DNA of 64,000 nucleotides from an uncultured Candidatus Saccharibacteria bacterium. Lineage in GTDB: Bacteria > Patescibacteriota > WWE3 > UBA101185 > UBA10185. Made by a program: the position numbers and the translations under genes. The stretch is from positions 194,252-258,251 of the forward strand of contig CAYLMU010000001.1 of the NCBI GenBank assembly GCA_964385105.1. Direction: 5' to 3'. The notes under the pieces were generated by a model. That model was not told the DNA's origin. It was given only the letters and a program-made list of their open reading frames with translations, and searched no databases. Shown here piece after piece: positions 26,755-36,468 of the stretch (position 1 is its first letter; every line of letters starts with the position of its first letter).

Positions 26755-28563
26755 TTAGCTCTTAAGTACTTCTCTAAATGCTTCCTGTGGAATATCAACT
26801 TTTCCAATTCTTTTCATGCGTTCTTTTCCTTTTTTTTGTCGTTCTAACACTTTATCTTTTCTTTCTCTGTGTCCGCCAGAAAGCTTTGCCAAAACATCTT
26901 TTCCAACGGCTCCAATATCTTCTCGGGCAACAATTTTGCCGCCTATTGCTGCTTGTAAAGCCACTTTAAATTGTTGTCTTGGTATTACTTCCTTTAGTTT
27001 TCTCAAAACTTTTTTTCCTGATTCATGGGCATTTTGTTTTAAAACTATTTGAGATAAAGGCTCAACAACTTCACCGTGTACAAGAATTTCAAGTTTTACC
27101 ACGTCTACGGGGCGGTAGTCTAAAAAGTCATAATCAACAGAAGCAAATCCTGAAGAAATTGTTTTTAATTCGTCAAAAAAATTGTAAATAAGTTCTGAAA
27201 GCGGCAATTCATATTCAAAAATAACCGTGCTTTCACTTGGGTAAAACATTTTATTCATAATTCCTCTACGTATTTCACACAATCCGATTATTCCCCCAAC
27301 ATAATCTTTAGGCGACACAATATTTAACGAAATCCATGGTTCTAATACTTCTTTTATTTTTGACCTGTCGGGCATGTCGGATGGTGTTTTTACCGGAACT
27401 TTTTCGCCGTTTGAAAGGTGTACTTCGTATTCAACCGAAGGAATCGTTGAAATCAGGTCAAGATTGTATTCCCGCTCAAGTCGTTCTTGTACTATATCTG
27501 CGTGTAACAAACCCAAAAAGCCGCATCTAAAACCAAATCCAAGTGCAGAATTACTTTCAGGCTCAAACTGCAGCGCCGAATCAGACAATGATAATTTTTC
27601 TAAAGCTTCTCGCAATTGCGGAAACTGATCGTTATCAATGGGATAAATAGAAACAAAAACAAACGGTTTAACAACCTTGTATCCCGGCAAAGGTTTAATT
27701 TGTGTGTAATTGTTATTTAAAGTAATTGTATCGCCCACCTTTACAGCATGAATATCTTTCAGGCCGGTTGCAATATATCCTACTTCGCCGGTTTTTAGTT
27801 CTGTTAGTTCGGTTCTTAAAGGTTTCATCACCCCCACACTTTCAGGAATTGAAGTTGCACCGGTAGCCATAAGCCTTATTTTTTCTCTATTTAATATGTT
27901 TTGTTTGTTAATTTGACCGTCTACAACTTTGAGCATAGCTACAACGCCTAAAAATTCATCATAGTAGGTATCAAAAATTAATCCTCGTAACTCAGAATCG
28001 GGATTGCCGCTTGGCGGGGGAGTTCTTTTAATAACTTCTCTTAACAAATCTTCAACACCTTCGCCCGTTTTGGCCGAAATATGCAAAATTTCTTCTTTTT
28101 TAAAGCCAAAAGTATCAACAATATCGTTTTTTATCTTTTCAATATTAGCTCCGGGAAGGTCTATTTTGTTTAATACCGGAATAATCTGCAAATTTGCATC
28201 AAGCGCTTTGTAAACATTAGAAACAGTTTGAGCTTGTATGCCTTGTGATGAATCAACAAGCAAAATCGCACTTTCACATGCTGCAAGAGATCTTGAAACT
28301 TCATAAGCAAAATCCACATGTCCCGGAGTATCTATTAAATTTAACTGATATTCTTTTTCATCGTGTAAATAATTCATTCGAATTGCCTTAAGTTTAATAG
28401 TAATACCCTTTTCACGTTCAAGATCCATGCTGTCAAGCGTTTGTTCTTTCATCTTTCTCTTTTCAATTGTATTTGTGAGTTCAAGCAGTCTGTCGGCCAA
28501 TGTTGATTTGCCATGATCTATGTGGGCAATTATGCAGAAATTTCTTATATTGCTCTGTTCCAT
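26755..28563 (-). CDS. lepA: Elongation factor 4 (LepA)
   Basis: NFCIIAHIDHGKSTLADRLL; DTPGHVDF; NKIDLP. The LepA-specific C-terminal domain is present. 602 aa. Confidence 0.9.
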   Translation of the reverse strand: MEQSNIRNFCIIAHIDHGKSTLADRLLELTNTIEKRKMKEQTLDSMDLEREKGITIKLKAIRMNYLHDEKEYQLNLIDTPGHVDFAYEVSRSLAACESAILLVDSSQGIQAQTVSNVYKALDANLQIIPVLNKIDLPGANIEKIKNDIVDTFGFKKEEILHISAKTGEGVEDLLREVIKRTPPPSGNPDSELRGLIFDTYYDEFLGVVAMLKVVDGQINKQNILNREKIRLMATGATSIPESVGVMKPLRTELTELKTGEVGYIATGLKDIHAVKVGDTITLNNNYTQIKPLPGYKVVKPFVFVSIYPIDNDQFPQLREALEKLSLSDSALQFEPESNSALGFGFRCGFLGLLHADIVQERLEREYNLDLISTIPSVEYEVHLSNGEKVPVKTPSDMPDRSKIKEVLEPWISLNIVSPKDYVGGIIGLCEIRRGIMNKMFYPSESTVIFEYELPLSELIYNFFDELKTISSGFASVDYDFLDYRPVDVVKLEILVHGEVVEPLSQIVLKQNAHESGKKVLRKLKEVIPRQQFKVALQAAIGGKIVAREDIGAVGKDVLAKLSGGHRERKDKVLERQKKGKERMKRIGKVDIPQEAFREVLKS

Positions 28564-28600
28564 ACCGGCTAATTATATGATAATTTTTGTTTAAATACAG

Positions 28601-30292
28601 TTATTCTTCCAGTGGAGCAGTAATAGGTAGTTTTGCCTCTTTTATTTTTAGCCGTCTCATTAATTTGTAAAATAGTTCAATTTCTTCTACTGCAAAGATT
28701 TTTGTAAAAAATAAGTATACGGCGGTACCTGCTATACCTGCTACGGCTGTTAATGCGGCAAGTCCTGCGGTGTGTGCCGTGTCAAAAACAAATTCATCTA
28801 AAAGTTTTAACGGAGCATAAAGTGAAATTCCCATAAATACTGCTGCATAACTTATTTTCACAAAAGGAATAAGAAGTTCGTTAACCTCAAATCCGCCGAG
28901 TTTTTTTGCTAAAAAGTGCAAAAGCAGAATCGAGTCAAGTATCGAAGTTATAGTATATGCAAATGCAATAGACCATACTCCAAGATTTAAAACTCTCACA
29001 AATGTATAAGAAAGTGCAACATTAATAACAATTGTAACTAAACTTATTAAAACCGGCGTAACAGTGTCTTTTAGCGAATAAAAAGTTCTTGATAGCAAAT
29101 AAAATGTACTTTGGGCAAAAATTGATATGCTAAAAAATGCCAAAGCATAAGAAGTTTTTACTGTTGCTTCCCAGGGAAAGTTTGAAACACCGTACACAAG
29201 TCTTACAACAGGTACTCGAAGAACCAGCAAAATCACACTTGCCGGAATAACAAGAAACAATGTTTGATGAAGCGTTGTTATAAATATTTTTTTGAAGTTT
29301 TTTTGGTCATTCTCATCGGAATGTTCTGATAGCACAGGAAGAGAAGCTGTAGCAATAGAAGCCCCAAACAAATGAACGGGAAAATATTGTAATTGACTGG
29401 CGAATTTAAGCAAAACTACCGATGAGGTTGATATTAAAATAGCAAGTGAATTATTTATAGTGGCTACAAGCTGACTGAATAGCACACTCATTACACGAGG
29501 GGGCATTAGCAAAAACATTTTTCTTACTTCGGGAATGCTTACTTTTAAACTTGGAAAATACCTAAAGTCTACAGTTTTCAAAAAAGGTAGCTGTATTAAC
29601 AGATGAAACGCTGCGCCGATTACAATACCCAGTGCCGGCCCATATATGCCCATAATCGGACTTAAAAACATTATTCCAAAAAGCATCCCGAGGTTGTACA
29701 AAATAGGAGCAAGTGCAGGAATGGCAAATTGTTTAAACGATTGAAGTATGCTTGTGAAAAAACTGCTTACAACAAGTACAAGCTGAGCACCCATCATTAT
29801 TTGCATAAGTCTGGCGCCAAGTTTTATTTGGTCAGGTGTAAAAGTACCAACTGAAAGTATTCTTATTAACGGTTCGGCAAAAAGCATAACAAGTACCCCC
29901 AACGCAAAAAAAGTTAAAATTCCGATTGTTATAACCGAAGAAGCAATTTCCCAGGCACGTTTTTTATTTTTTTGTAAAGTGTCTGCAAATATTGGTATAA
30001 AAACAGTTGATATAGCGCCAATAACAAGCACCGAATATATAAGGTTGGGTATTCGATCGGCAGTGTAAAAAATTCCCAGTTCTTCAGAAACGCCGAAATA
30101 ATAGCTTAAAAGCCTTCCCTTTAAGAGTCCAAGTATGGCTGTTATTCCACTTGAAATTGCAAGCAAAAAAGCAGCAGAAAGTATGGAATTTTGTGCCTGA
30201 ACCGCAAAGCTGAGTCTGCCTTTGAGCTGAATAAATTTGAGTTTATTACCAAACAGTTCTAAAAAATTCATATATATGCTATGATACAGCAC
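28601..30292 (-). CDS. murJ: Lipid II flippase MurJ (MviN)
   Basis: About 14 predicted TM helices. MurJ/MOP-superfamily pattern. 563 aa. Confidence 0.8.
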   Translation of the reverse strand: MLYHSIYMNFLELFGNKLKFIQLKGRLSFAVQAQNSILSAAFLLAISSGITAILGLLKGRLLSYYFGVSEELGIFYTADRIPNLIYSVLVIGAISTVFIPIFADTLQKNKKRAWEIASSVITIGILTFFALGVLVMLFAEPLIRILSVGTFTPDQIKLGARLMQIMMGAQLVLVVSSFFTSILQSFKQFAIPALAPILYNLGMLFGIMFLSPIMGIYGPALGIVIGAAFHLLIQLPFLKTVDFRYFPSLKVSIPEVRKMFLLMPPRVMSVLFSQLVATINNSLAILISTSSVVLLKFASQLQYFPVHLFGASIATASLPVLSEHSDENDQKNFKKIFITTLHQTLFLVIPASVILLVLRVPVVRLVYGVSNFPWEATVKTSYALAFFSISIFAQSTFYLLSRTFYSLKDTVTPVLISLVTIVINVALSYTFVRVLNLGVWSIAFAYTITSILDSILLLHFLAKKLGGFEVNELLIPFVKISYAAVFMGISLYAPLKLLDEFVFDTAHTAGLAALTAVAGIAGTAVYLFFTKIFAVEEIELFYKLMRRLKIKEAKLPITAPLEE

Positions 30293-30295
30293 GTT

Positions 30296-30637
30296 ATGGC
30301 AAACACAACATCAGCAAAAAAAGCAATAAGGCAGTCGCAAAAGAAGCGACTTCATAATTTATTGTGGAAAAATCGTATAAAAGAAACTTCAAAGAACATA
30401 AAGAAATATCTACATGAAAAGAATGCAGATATTGATATAATAAAAAAAGAAGAAACTCTGTTTTATAAAATAGTGGATAAAGCTGCAAAAAATAAAGTTA
30501 TTCACAAAAACAAAGCAGGTAGACTTAAATCAAGAATTTCAAAACAGATAGCTGCCCATGAAAAAGCTGGAACAAATAAAAAACCTAAATCCGAAAAAGA
30601 ATCAACCTCCACCAGAAAATCCAAATCTAAGTCCTAA
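30296..30637 (+). CDS. rpsT: 30S ribosomal protein S20 with a ~22-aa Lys/Ser-rich C-terminal extension
   Basis: MANTTSAKKAIRQSQKKRLHN...VIHKNKAGRLKSRISKQIAAHEKAG matches S20 end-to-end. An extra tail TNKKPKSEKESTSTRKSKSKS follows. Start assigned to the Met at 30296. Confidence 0.8.
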   Translation: MANTTSAKKAIRQSQKKRLHNLLWKNRIKETSKNIKKYLHEKNADIDIIKKEETLFYKIVDKAAKNKVIHKNKAGRLKSRISKQIAAHEKAGTNKKPKSEKESTSTRKSKSKS

Positions 30638-31142
30638 TTTAGTTCCTCACATAGTTCCGCCGGTAAAACAGCGTAATCATGAAGCATATGTACCCTTTGT
30701 TGTTGCAATTACTCTTTTATTTCAATTGTTTTTGGTAATAATAATCTTGCATAACTTTTTACTTAATCGCACAATTTTAAGCCTTGAAAAAGATATGAAC
30801 AACACTTATGCACTTGTGCAGCGTGATATTAATGTTTTTGAACAAGTTGATACATTAAGCAGAAAAACCGTTGTTTATGAATCTGCAATGCAATCAAGAA
30901 GTGAAATCGGGAAATATGTTGAGTCAATGCTTGGTTCAATTGCCGGTGATATTGAACTTAACGAAGTTTCGGCTACAGGAAATAGAGGTACTTTTGAAAT
31001 CACAACGCATGAAGCTTTGAGTGGGGCATTACTTATTCATAATTTGTTTGAGACCCGAAATGTTGACTCGGTAGCAATTACGGCAGCCGACTTGAACGAT
31101 AAGGGTGAGTATACAATTAAAATGGAGATTTTGTTTTTATAA
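30558..31142 (+). CDS. PilN-like bitopic membrane protein (type IV pilus / T2SS inner-membrane alignment subunit-like), 194 aa
   Basis: Short cytoplasmic N-terminus (IKNLNPKK, compare the PilN INLLP motif), a single TM helix, a coiled-coil segment and a C-terminal alpha/beta domain. The only in-frame ATG upstream of the TM segment is at 30558, which overlaps the rpsT 3' end by 80 nt in another frame. The start is therefore uncertain. Confidence 0.45.
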   Translation: MKKLEQIKNLNPKKNQPPPENPNLSPNLVPHIVPPVKQRNHEAYVPFVVAITLLFQLFLVIIILHNFLLNRTILSLEKDMNNTYALVQRDINVFEQVDTLSRKTVVYESAMQSRSEIGKYVESMLGSIAGDIELNEVSATGNRGTFEITTHEALSGALLIHNLFETRNVDSVAITAADLNDKGEYTIKMEILFL

Positions 31143-31702
31143 TGCTTGATTATCAAGGGATAACCAACACATACGAAAGAGAAATTAATACTAAACCGCA
31201 AAATAAACTTACTTTATTTATTTTATTGTTTATATTAAATGTGGTTACGTTTAGCTATCCTATAATTTATAAAGGCTATCAGTCAGTTGTAGAGAAAAAT
31301 GCAAAAATTTTAGAATATAATCAAGTTAACCGTGATCTTGAGTCAAATCTGGAAAAAGTTTCATCCTACAGAAATTACATGAATTCAAAAGAAGCACAAA
31401 TTGCCACATTGAATAGGGCAATTCCCTCACATCTTGAATCAGCAGAATTTTTGATGCTATTAACCGATGCTGCTTCACCTTATGGGTATTTGGTAGAAAA
31501 ACTTCAAGTTGATAATTCTAACCCCAACGAAGTTATTATAAATATTGATATGTTAGGTCCTTCATCGACTGCATCATCGGTAATTAAGGATGTAGAAAAT
31601 TTATCGCGGTTAACAATAATTGATGATGTGAAAGTAAAGCCTTCAAATGATGCTTTAGGAGTTCTTGAAATAACGTTTAAAGTTAGAATATTTGCGAGCT
31701 AA
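31142..31702 (+). CDS. PilO-like bitopic membrane protein, 186 aa
   Basis: N-terminal TM helix (LTLFILLFILNVVTF), coiled-coil region and a C-terminal domain ending ...LEITFKVRIFAS, as PilO domains do. Its start overlaps the preceding gene's stop (ATAATG coupling). Confidence 0.5.
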   Translation: MLDYQGITNTYEREINTKPQNKLTLFILLFILNVVTFSYPIIYKGYQSVVEKNAKILEYNQVNRDLESNLEKVSSYRNYMNSKEAQIATLNRAIPSHLESAEFLMLLTDAASPYGYLVEKLQVDNSNPNEVIINIDMLGPSSTASSVIKDVENLSRLTIIDDVKVKPSNDALGVLEITFKVRIFAS

Positions 31703-31707
31703 AAAAT

Positions 31708-31887
31708 ATGATTAAAGTTGTATTGATTTTTTTGAGTACAATGCTTATACTTTTATTAGGATTGTTCTTTGGATTCGAACAAATTCAAAAGAGCTTTGAA
31801 ATTCCGGCACATATTGCGGAACTTTCAATACCTTTTGAAAAAGAATTAAACAAAGAATTCATAGAAAATCTTAAACCTGCCTTATGA
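31708..31887 (+). CDS. Small hydrophobic protein (59 aa; below the ORF-track cutoff)
   Basis: Manual translation gives MIKVVLIFLSTMLILLLGLFFGFEQIQKSFEIPAHIAELSIPFEKELNKEFIENLKPAL. Its stop overlaps the next gene's ATG (ATGA), suggesting translational coupling in the pilN/O-like operon. Confidence 0.3.
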   Translation: MIKVVLIFLSTMLILLLGLFFGFEQIQKSFEIPAHIAELSIPFEKELNKEFIENLKPAL

Positions 31888-32375
31888 ACGCAAAACAACA
31901 AGCACAAAACGGCTTTAAAACCTTTATAGTTACTTTTCTAGGATCGCTTGTAATATTTGGTTCGTTTTATTACTTTTTAATGGAAGCTTCTACAGAAGAT
32001 GTAAATGTAGAAGACTCCTCAACTTTAATGGGTGAAACCAGAACAGCTGAAAATGATACTATGCCTACACAGGCACTTGAAGCATCTGAAGTTACTAATG
32101 AAACTGAAGATGTAAAAGGTGCAGCCGTGGCAGGTGACAGTCCGTTTGCCCAACTCTCGGCTCAAAATGTTTATACTGCGCAAGGAGCTGTATTATCAGG
32201 AACAGACCAAACAACTCAAAGTACTGTTCCAAGCACCGGTTTTACAAGCATAACAATGGGATTGGTTATTTCTGTAGCACTTTTTTCATTCTTTATGTAC
32301 ATAGTATTTATAAACCCAAGAAGATACGCATTATCCAAGTTTGAAGAAAATGTAATGCGCGATCTCGAGAAATAA
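31884..32375 (+). CDS. Hypothetical membrane protein (163 aa) with N- and C-terminal TM helices and a Thr/Ser/Glu-rich exposed middle region
   Basis: ORF coupled to the upstream small ORF. Hydrophobic segments at residues ~12-32 and ~125-150. Confidence 0.4.
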   Translation: MNAKQQAQNGFKTFIVTFLGSLVIFGSFYYFLMEASTEDVNVEDSSTLMGETRTAENDTMPTQALEASEVTNETEDVKGAAVAGDSPFAQLSAQNVYTAQGAVLSGTDQTTQSTVPSTGFTSITMGLVISVALFSFFMYIVFINPRRYALSKFEENVMRDLEK

Positions 32376-32418
32376 ACCATCAATTCATCAAAGATAGTTC
32401 AATCTAAATTTTGAGATT

Positions 32419-33192
32419 TTATCCTGTTACCAAAACAGCATCAATAAGTAGTCTGTATAATTTTGTTCCTGGGGGAGAACAGGTCATTAGAACAACAGTT
32501 GACTCGTTTAAATATTTAGGTTTAATTTCTGCCAATGGGTTAACCTGGTCGGGTTTGAGTTGTCTTTTTCCTTCTACTTTGTATGTAAGTGTTTTGCCTT
32601 TATATTCTATTGTAAACTCATCACCTGTTTCCAAATCTCCAAGTGTTGAAAAGATTGTTTTGTAATTTTTGGGGTTATAAAAAAAAGGCAAAACCGAGTG
32701 TCCGTAAATAAATGAGTTTCCGGGTTCACCGGGTAGAGCGGAGCCTGTGTAATGTCCAAGTGCATGGTCGGGAACAAGTGTCGGCTCATTAATTTGCACA
32801 CTTGCCCGTTTAATATTAAGTTTTGGTATAGTCAAATAAAAATATTCCTCATAATTACTGTCGTCAGAATTAAAAGTACTTTTTCCAAGAACTTGGGATT
32901 TTTCGTGATTTTGCTGATTTTGTTCTTTTTGTACACTTAGTTCGTCAAATTTAAACTCCTGAAAACCGCTGACATATCCAAGTGCACTTACTTCAAGTAT
33001 TTCAGTGTTTTTTTCTTGGGTTTGAAATGTAACCAAAGGTAACGCAACTTGAGTTGCAAGAAGTGTGAGCGCAAGTACCGGAACTGCAATTGGCACAATT
33101 CTAGTTCTTGCCATAAACCAAAAGTTTATTTGAGTATAAATCGGGTCGTATGGTTGATCTTTAATATATACTTTGGGCTTAAAGTAGGGCAT
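32419..33192 (-). CDS. Sortase-family transpeptidase
   Basis: N-terminal TM anchor. Catalytic His (SFIYGHSVLP), TLxTC-type Cys motif (VVLMTCSPPGT) and a downstream conserved Arg (KLYRLL). Confidence 0.8.
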   Translation of the reverse strand: MPYFKPKVYIKDQPYDPIYTQINFWFMARTRIVPIAVPVLALTLLATQVALPLVTFQTQEKNTEILEVSALGYVSGFQEFKFDELSVQKEQNQQNHEKSQVLGKSTFNSDDSNYEEYFYLTIPKLNIKRASVQINEPTLVPDHALGHYTGSALPGEPGNSFIYGHSVLPFFYNPKNYKTIFSTLGDLETGDEFTIEYKGKTLTYKVEGKRQLKPDQVNPLAEIKPKYLNESTVVLMTCSPPGTKLYRLLIDAVLVTG

Positions 33193-33205
33193 TGGTTTTA
33201 TATTA

Positions 33206-33910
33206 TCATTTTTCTTTCAGTATTTGTTCTACGGTGTATACGCTTGAGATAGAAGGATGGATTTTTCCGGTTTTCATACTTTTGTCTATTTGGTAAAGAG
33301 TTTTATAAATTTGGCTTACTTTTTGTTCAGTGTAGCTTTTTGCCTGTTTCAGTGCTTTATTTTTTGCAAATGGCGCTATTTTACTTGAAAGAGGTGAGTT
33401 AGTTACTATATATGCAATGTTTCTAAATCCGTAAACAATCATGGAAAATAAGTAAAAAGGATCGGTTTGGTCTTGCATAAGCCTTTGAAGCTCGTTGTAT
33501 GTGTTTTTTCTATTATTTGAGAATAAGTAGTCTAAGAATCTAAATATGTCAGAAGAAGGTTCTGCGTTATTTATTACTTCTTTTGCTTTTAACGCTGCTT
33601 TGTTTTTGATAAACACATTTGATTTGGATAGTTCTTTATTTGAGTAAATAACTATATTTACATCAGTTGGTACAGATTTTAGGGCATCAACATACTCCAA
33701 GAGGTTTTTTCTTCCCGCGTCTGACACATCAACAGATACAAACGGAGGTTCTGAAAAAAGGTCATATGAACTGCTGATTTCGGTAAGTTGACCCGGAGTA
33801 ATATTATTTACATTCACGTCTGTTTTATTAGTACTTTCGAGTTTTTTTTGTAATTCCGTTATGACTTTTCTGGTTTTAGAAAAGTCGTCACCATGTATTA
33901 AAAAAATCAT
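33206..33910 (-). CDS. holA: DNA polymerase III delta subunit-like (HolA), short form
   Basis: MIFLIHGDDFSKTRKVITEL resembles the HolA N-terminus (YLLYGEE...). The AAA+-like clamp-loader fold is inferred. 234 aa. Confidence 0.45.
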   Translation of the reverse strand: MIFLIHGDDFSKTRKVITELQKKLESTNKTDVNVNNITPGQLTEISSSYDLFSEPPFVSVDVSDAGRKNLLEYVDALKSVPTDVNIVIYSNKELSKSNVFIKNKAALKAKEVINNAEPSSDIFRFLDYLFSNNRKNTYNELQRLMQDQTDPFYLFSMIVYGFRNIAYIVTNSPLSSKIAPFAKNKALKQAKSYTEQKVSQIYKTLYQIDKSMKTGKIHPSISSVYTVEQILKEK

Positions 33911-33915
33911 AAGGT

Positions 33916-34974
33916 TTAATGGATGCCAAAAATATATCTTTGAACGTATGCGTGCATTTGAGAAAAGTCGCCGTTTCTTGGTAAAAGCACATACTGCCCA
34001 TCATAAAGGCTGGTGTCTTCAGGTGCATACAACAATCCGCCTGAATCAGCAGCACTTCTATCATCAAGAACAATTGATGTTACGTCTTCAAAGTTAATTT
34101 GTTGTGAGAGTAAATAGAAATTTTGAATATCGTTAAATGTTAGGTTTGTATCTACATTTTTTTCATATGCATTGTACAGATCGCTTAATTTTGCAGGATT
34201 AATAATTGTATTAAGTGACAATGCCTTATCTTTAATGGCCATAATAACTTTTTGTTGTCTTGCAGCTCTTGCAAAGTCAGTGCCTTCGTTGTTACTTCCT
34301 TTTCTAGATCTGGCAAATTTAAGTGCGGTCTCACCATCCATTTGTTGTTTACCGGCTGAAAATGAAACAGTTTCGTATCTTTCATTAAGTGGGGCATTTT
34401 CTTTACCCTCAACAGGATATTCCGAGTCTACAAATGAGTTGTCAACTACAACCTCAACCCCACCCAAAGTATCTACAGTATCTTTAAAAAGTTCAAAATC
34501 TACAACAGCATAATAATGGATTGGGATTCCAAGAACATTTTCTACAACTTGGCTTATGCCCTCTCCGCCTTCATATGCATAAACAGCATTTATTTTTATA
34601 AAAAAAGGTGTCGGTCCTGTTGTTTTTACCCAAAGGTCTCGCGGCAATGAAATTAATGTGACGGTTTTATCAACACGACCGATGGAAGCAACTAAAATTG
34701 TGTCGGTTAAAGTAGCTGACCTTGTATCTCCCTGACGTTTGTCTGAGCCCAACACTAATATATTGGTTCTACCGTCTGTTTCGTTTAATTTTACTTCAGA
34801 AATATTTGCCACAATTGAAATAGGGTTAAAAATAGCTTTTACGTCATTACCGAATAAAATTAACGATAATCCAAAAAAGCCGAGTACACATGCTGCAATT
34901 AAAATAGGTTTTTTATAATTCTTTTGCTTGGGTTGAGCAGTATTTCGTTTTTTTGCAACATTCATGTATTTCAT
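33916..34974 (-). CDS. LytR-CpsA-Psr (LCP) family cell-wall glycopolymer transferase
   Basis: N-terminal TM helix. LCP core NILVLGSDKRQGDTRSATLTDTILVASIG...ISLPRDLWV. Confidence 0.8.
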   Translation of the reverse strand: MKYMNVAKKRNTAQPKQKNYKKPILIAACVLGFFGLSLILFGNDVKAIFNPISIVANISEVKLNETDGRTNILVLGSDKRQGDTRSATLTDTILVASIGRVDKTVTLISLPRDLWVKTTGPTPFFIKINAVYAYEGGEGISQVVENVLGIPIHYYAVVDFELFKDTVDTLGGVEVVVDNSFVDSEYPVEGKENAPLNERYETVSFSAGKQQMDGETALKFARSRKGSNNEGTDFARAARQQKVIMAIKDKALSLNTIINPAKLSDLYNAYEKNVDTNLTFNDIQNFYLLSQQINFEDVTSIVLDDRSAADSGGLLYAPEDTSLYDGQYVLLPRNGDFSQMHAYVQRYIFGIH

Positions 34975-34976
34975 AT

Positions 34977-35630
34977 TTATGATGTAATCAATTTATAGAA
35001 ATGTTGTGGGTCTAAGCTTGCATTTCCGATTAAAAAACCGTTAAGACCGTTTATGCTTTTGAGCTCCTTGATGTTTTCGCTGTTAACTGACCCGCCATAC
35101 AAGATTTTACCATTTTCAGGTAGTTTATGCTTCATGAAATTTACTTCCTTTTCAATGTTTTCTATGGGTTTTGCATTATAAACCCCGTCTTTCGATATGT
35201 TTTGCGGGTCTTCCCATGCAAGGATGACATTTTCTGCATAATATTTTTCAATATTTTGAGGGTCTGTAAAGCAAATTATAGGAATTATACCGTTTTCCAG
35301 GCAATTTGTTGCTTTTTTTAATACAATTTCCGCGTCTTCGCCTCTTTCGCTATGCCCGACAATACTGTATTTAACATAATTTTTTAGTTGAAATGTTCCA
35401 ACTTCACCTGTGTGAGCGCCTTTCTCATAAATTGAAACATCCTGGGATGCGAGTTCAATGCCTTTATTTTGTGCAATTTTATTTTGAACCAATTGTAAGT
35501 GTAAAAATGAAGGCGCAATAACAATATTGGCATTATGTGTTTGAGTTGAAATGTTTTTCCAATAATCAAACCACTGTTCAATTTCAGAAACCGACATATT
35601 CATTTTCCAGTTGGCAATAAAATATTTCAT
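34977..35630 (-). CDS. tpiA: Triosephosphate isomerase (short, 217 aa)
   Basis: Hallmark N-terminal IANWKMN. Catalytic region IVGHSERG. pgk...tpi synteny. Confidence 0.75.
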   Translation of the reverse strand: MKYFIANWKMNMSVSEIEQWFDYWKNISTQTHNANIVIAPSFLHLQLVQNKIAQNKGIELASQDVSIYEKGAHTGEVGTFQLKNYVKYSIVGHSERGEDAEIVLKKATNCLENGIIPIICFTDPQNIEKYYAENVILAWEDPQNISKDGVYNAKPIENIEKEVNFMKHKLPENGKILYGGSVNSENIKELKSINGLNGFLIGNASLDPQHFYKLITS

Positions 35631-35633
35631 AAG

Positions 35634-36467
35634 TTAAGCAAGTTCTTTGAGTACTTCTTCAATTAAGGTAGGCAGTGATTCAATATCTTCGTGTGTATAA
35701 TCATATCCTAAAACATTTAAACAAGAAAACAATACTCCAATATTTGAGTAAATATTTTTTGCATATGTACAAGCTACTAAACTATGTACAAGAACGTTTC
35801 CTCCTATTTCGCCGATTCTTGATTTACTGCACCCAACAGGGCATCCGGAACATGAAGGAAAAGTATCTTTACTTACTGTCATCTTGCCGACTTCGTTCAA
35901 AAGCTTGTGATACAGTTCTTCGTACTTTTCTTTATTTATTATTTTTTCGGTTTTGGTACCCGTTACAACAAGTCCGAATATATTTTTTTTGTCGAATTTA
36001 TCTTCGAGAAAGGTTTCGGGGGTTAAAAAGAAATCATCAAGCAAAAATTTTCCGGCCGCTTTTTTTATAATACTTCTTTTTCCGGGAAGTCCAAGTGAAG
36101 TTATTTCGGCTTCTTGTGATTTAAAACTGACTATTTCATTTTGAATATCAAGTATTACAGGCTGGGGGGATTTTCCATGGATTACAATTGAATCTACTCC
36201 CGAAAAAGCCAAACGTAATGAAAGTGATCCGCCGATATAGATATCTTCTACAACGCCCTCACTATAAAAAACTATAGATGTTTTTGAAACATAAGGAAAT
36301 TTTCCGTTTAAAGGCCCAACCGAGATAATAACCGGATCTTTGTCGATGTTATCAAGCAGCAGTTTTAAACCCAAGCCTACACCTCCGATATAAGGGTTGA
36401 GTTCAGGCAAAGATTTTACTTCAGATTCATGCGTACTTAAATTTATATAAAGTATTTTTTTGTGCAT
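35634..36467 (-). CDS. Truncated aldehyde:ferredoxin oxidoreductase-like protein: AFOR N-terminal domain plus a C-x2-C-x3-C motif, lacking the tungstopterin-binding domains (277 aa)
   Basis: Collinear with the AOR N-domain: ILYINLSTHESEVKSLPE / IGGVGLGLKLLL / VIISVGPLNGKFPYVSKTSIV / VDSIVIHGKSPQPVILDIQNEIVSF / NIFGLVVTGTK. C-terminal CSGCPVGC resembles the AOR [4Fe-4S] ligand motif. Confidence 0.6.
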   Translation of the reverse strand: MHKKILYINLSTHESEVKSLPELNPYIGGVGLGLKLLLDNIDKDPVIISVGPLNGKFPYVSKTSIVFYSEGVVEDIYIGGSLSLRLAFSGVDSIVIHGKSPQPVILDIQNEIVSFKSQEAEITSLGLPGKRSIIKKAAGKFLLDDFFLTPETFLEDKFDKKNIFGLVVTGTKTEKIINKEKYEELYHKLLNEVGKMTVSKDTFPSCSGCPVGCSKSRIGEIGGNVLVHSLVACTYAKNIYSNIGVLFSCLNVLGYDYTHEDIESLPTLIEEVLKELA

Positions 36468-36468
36468 A

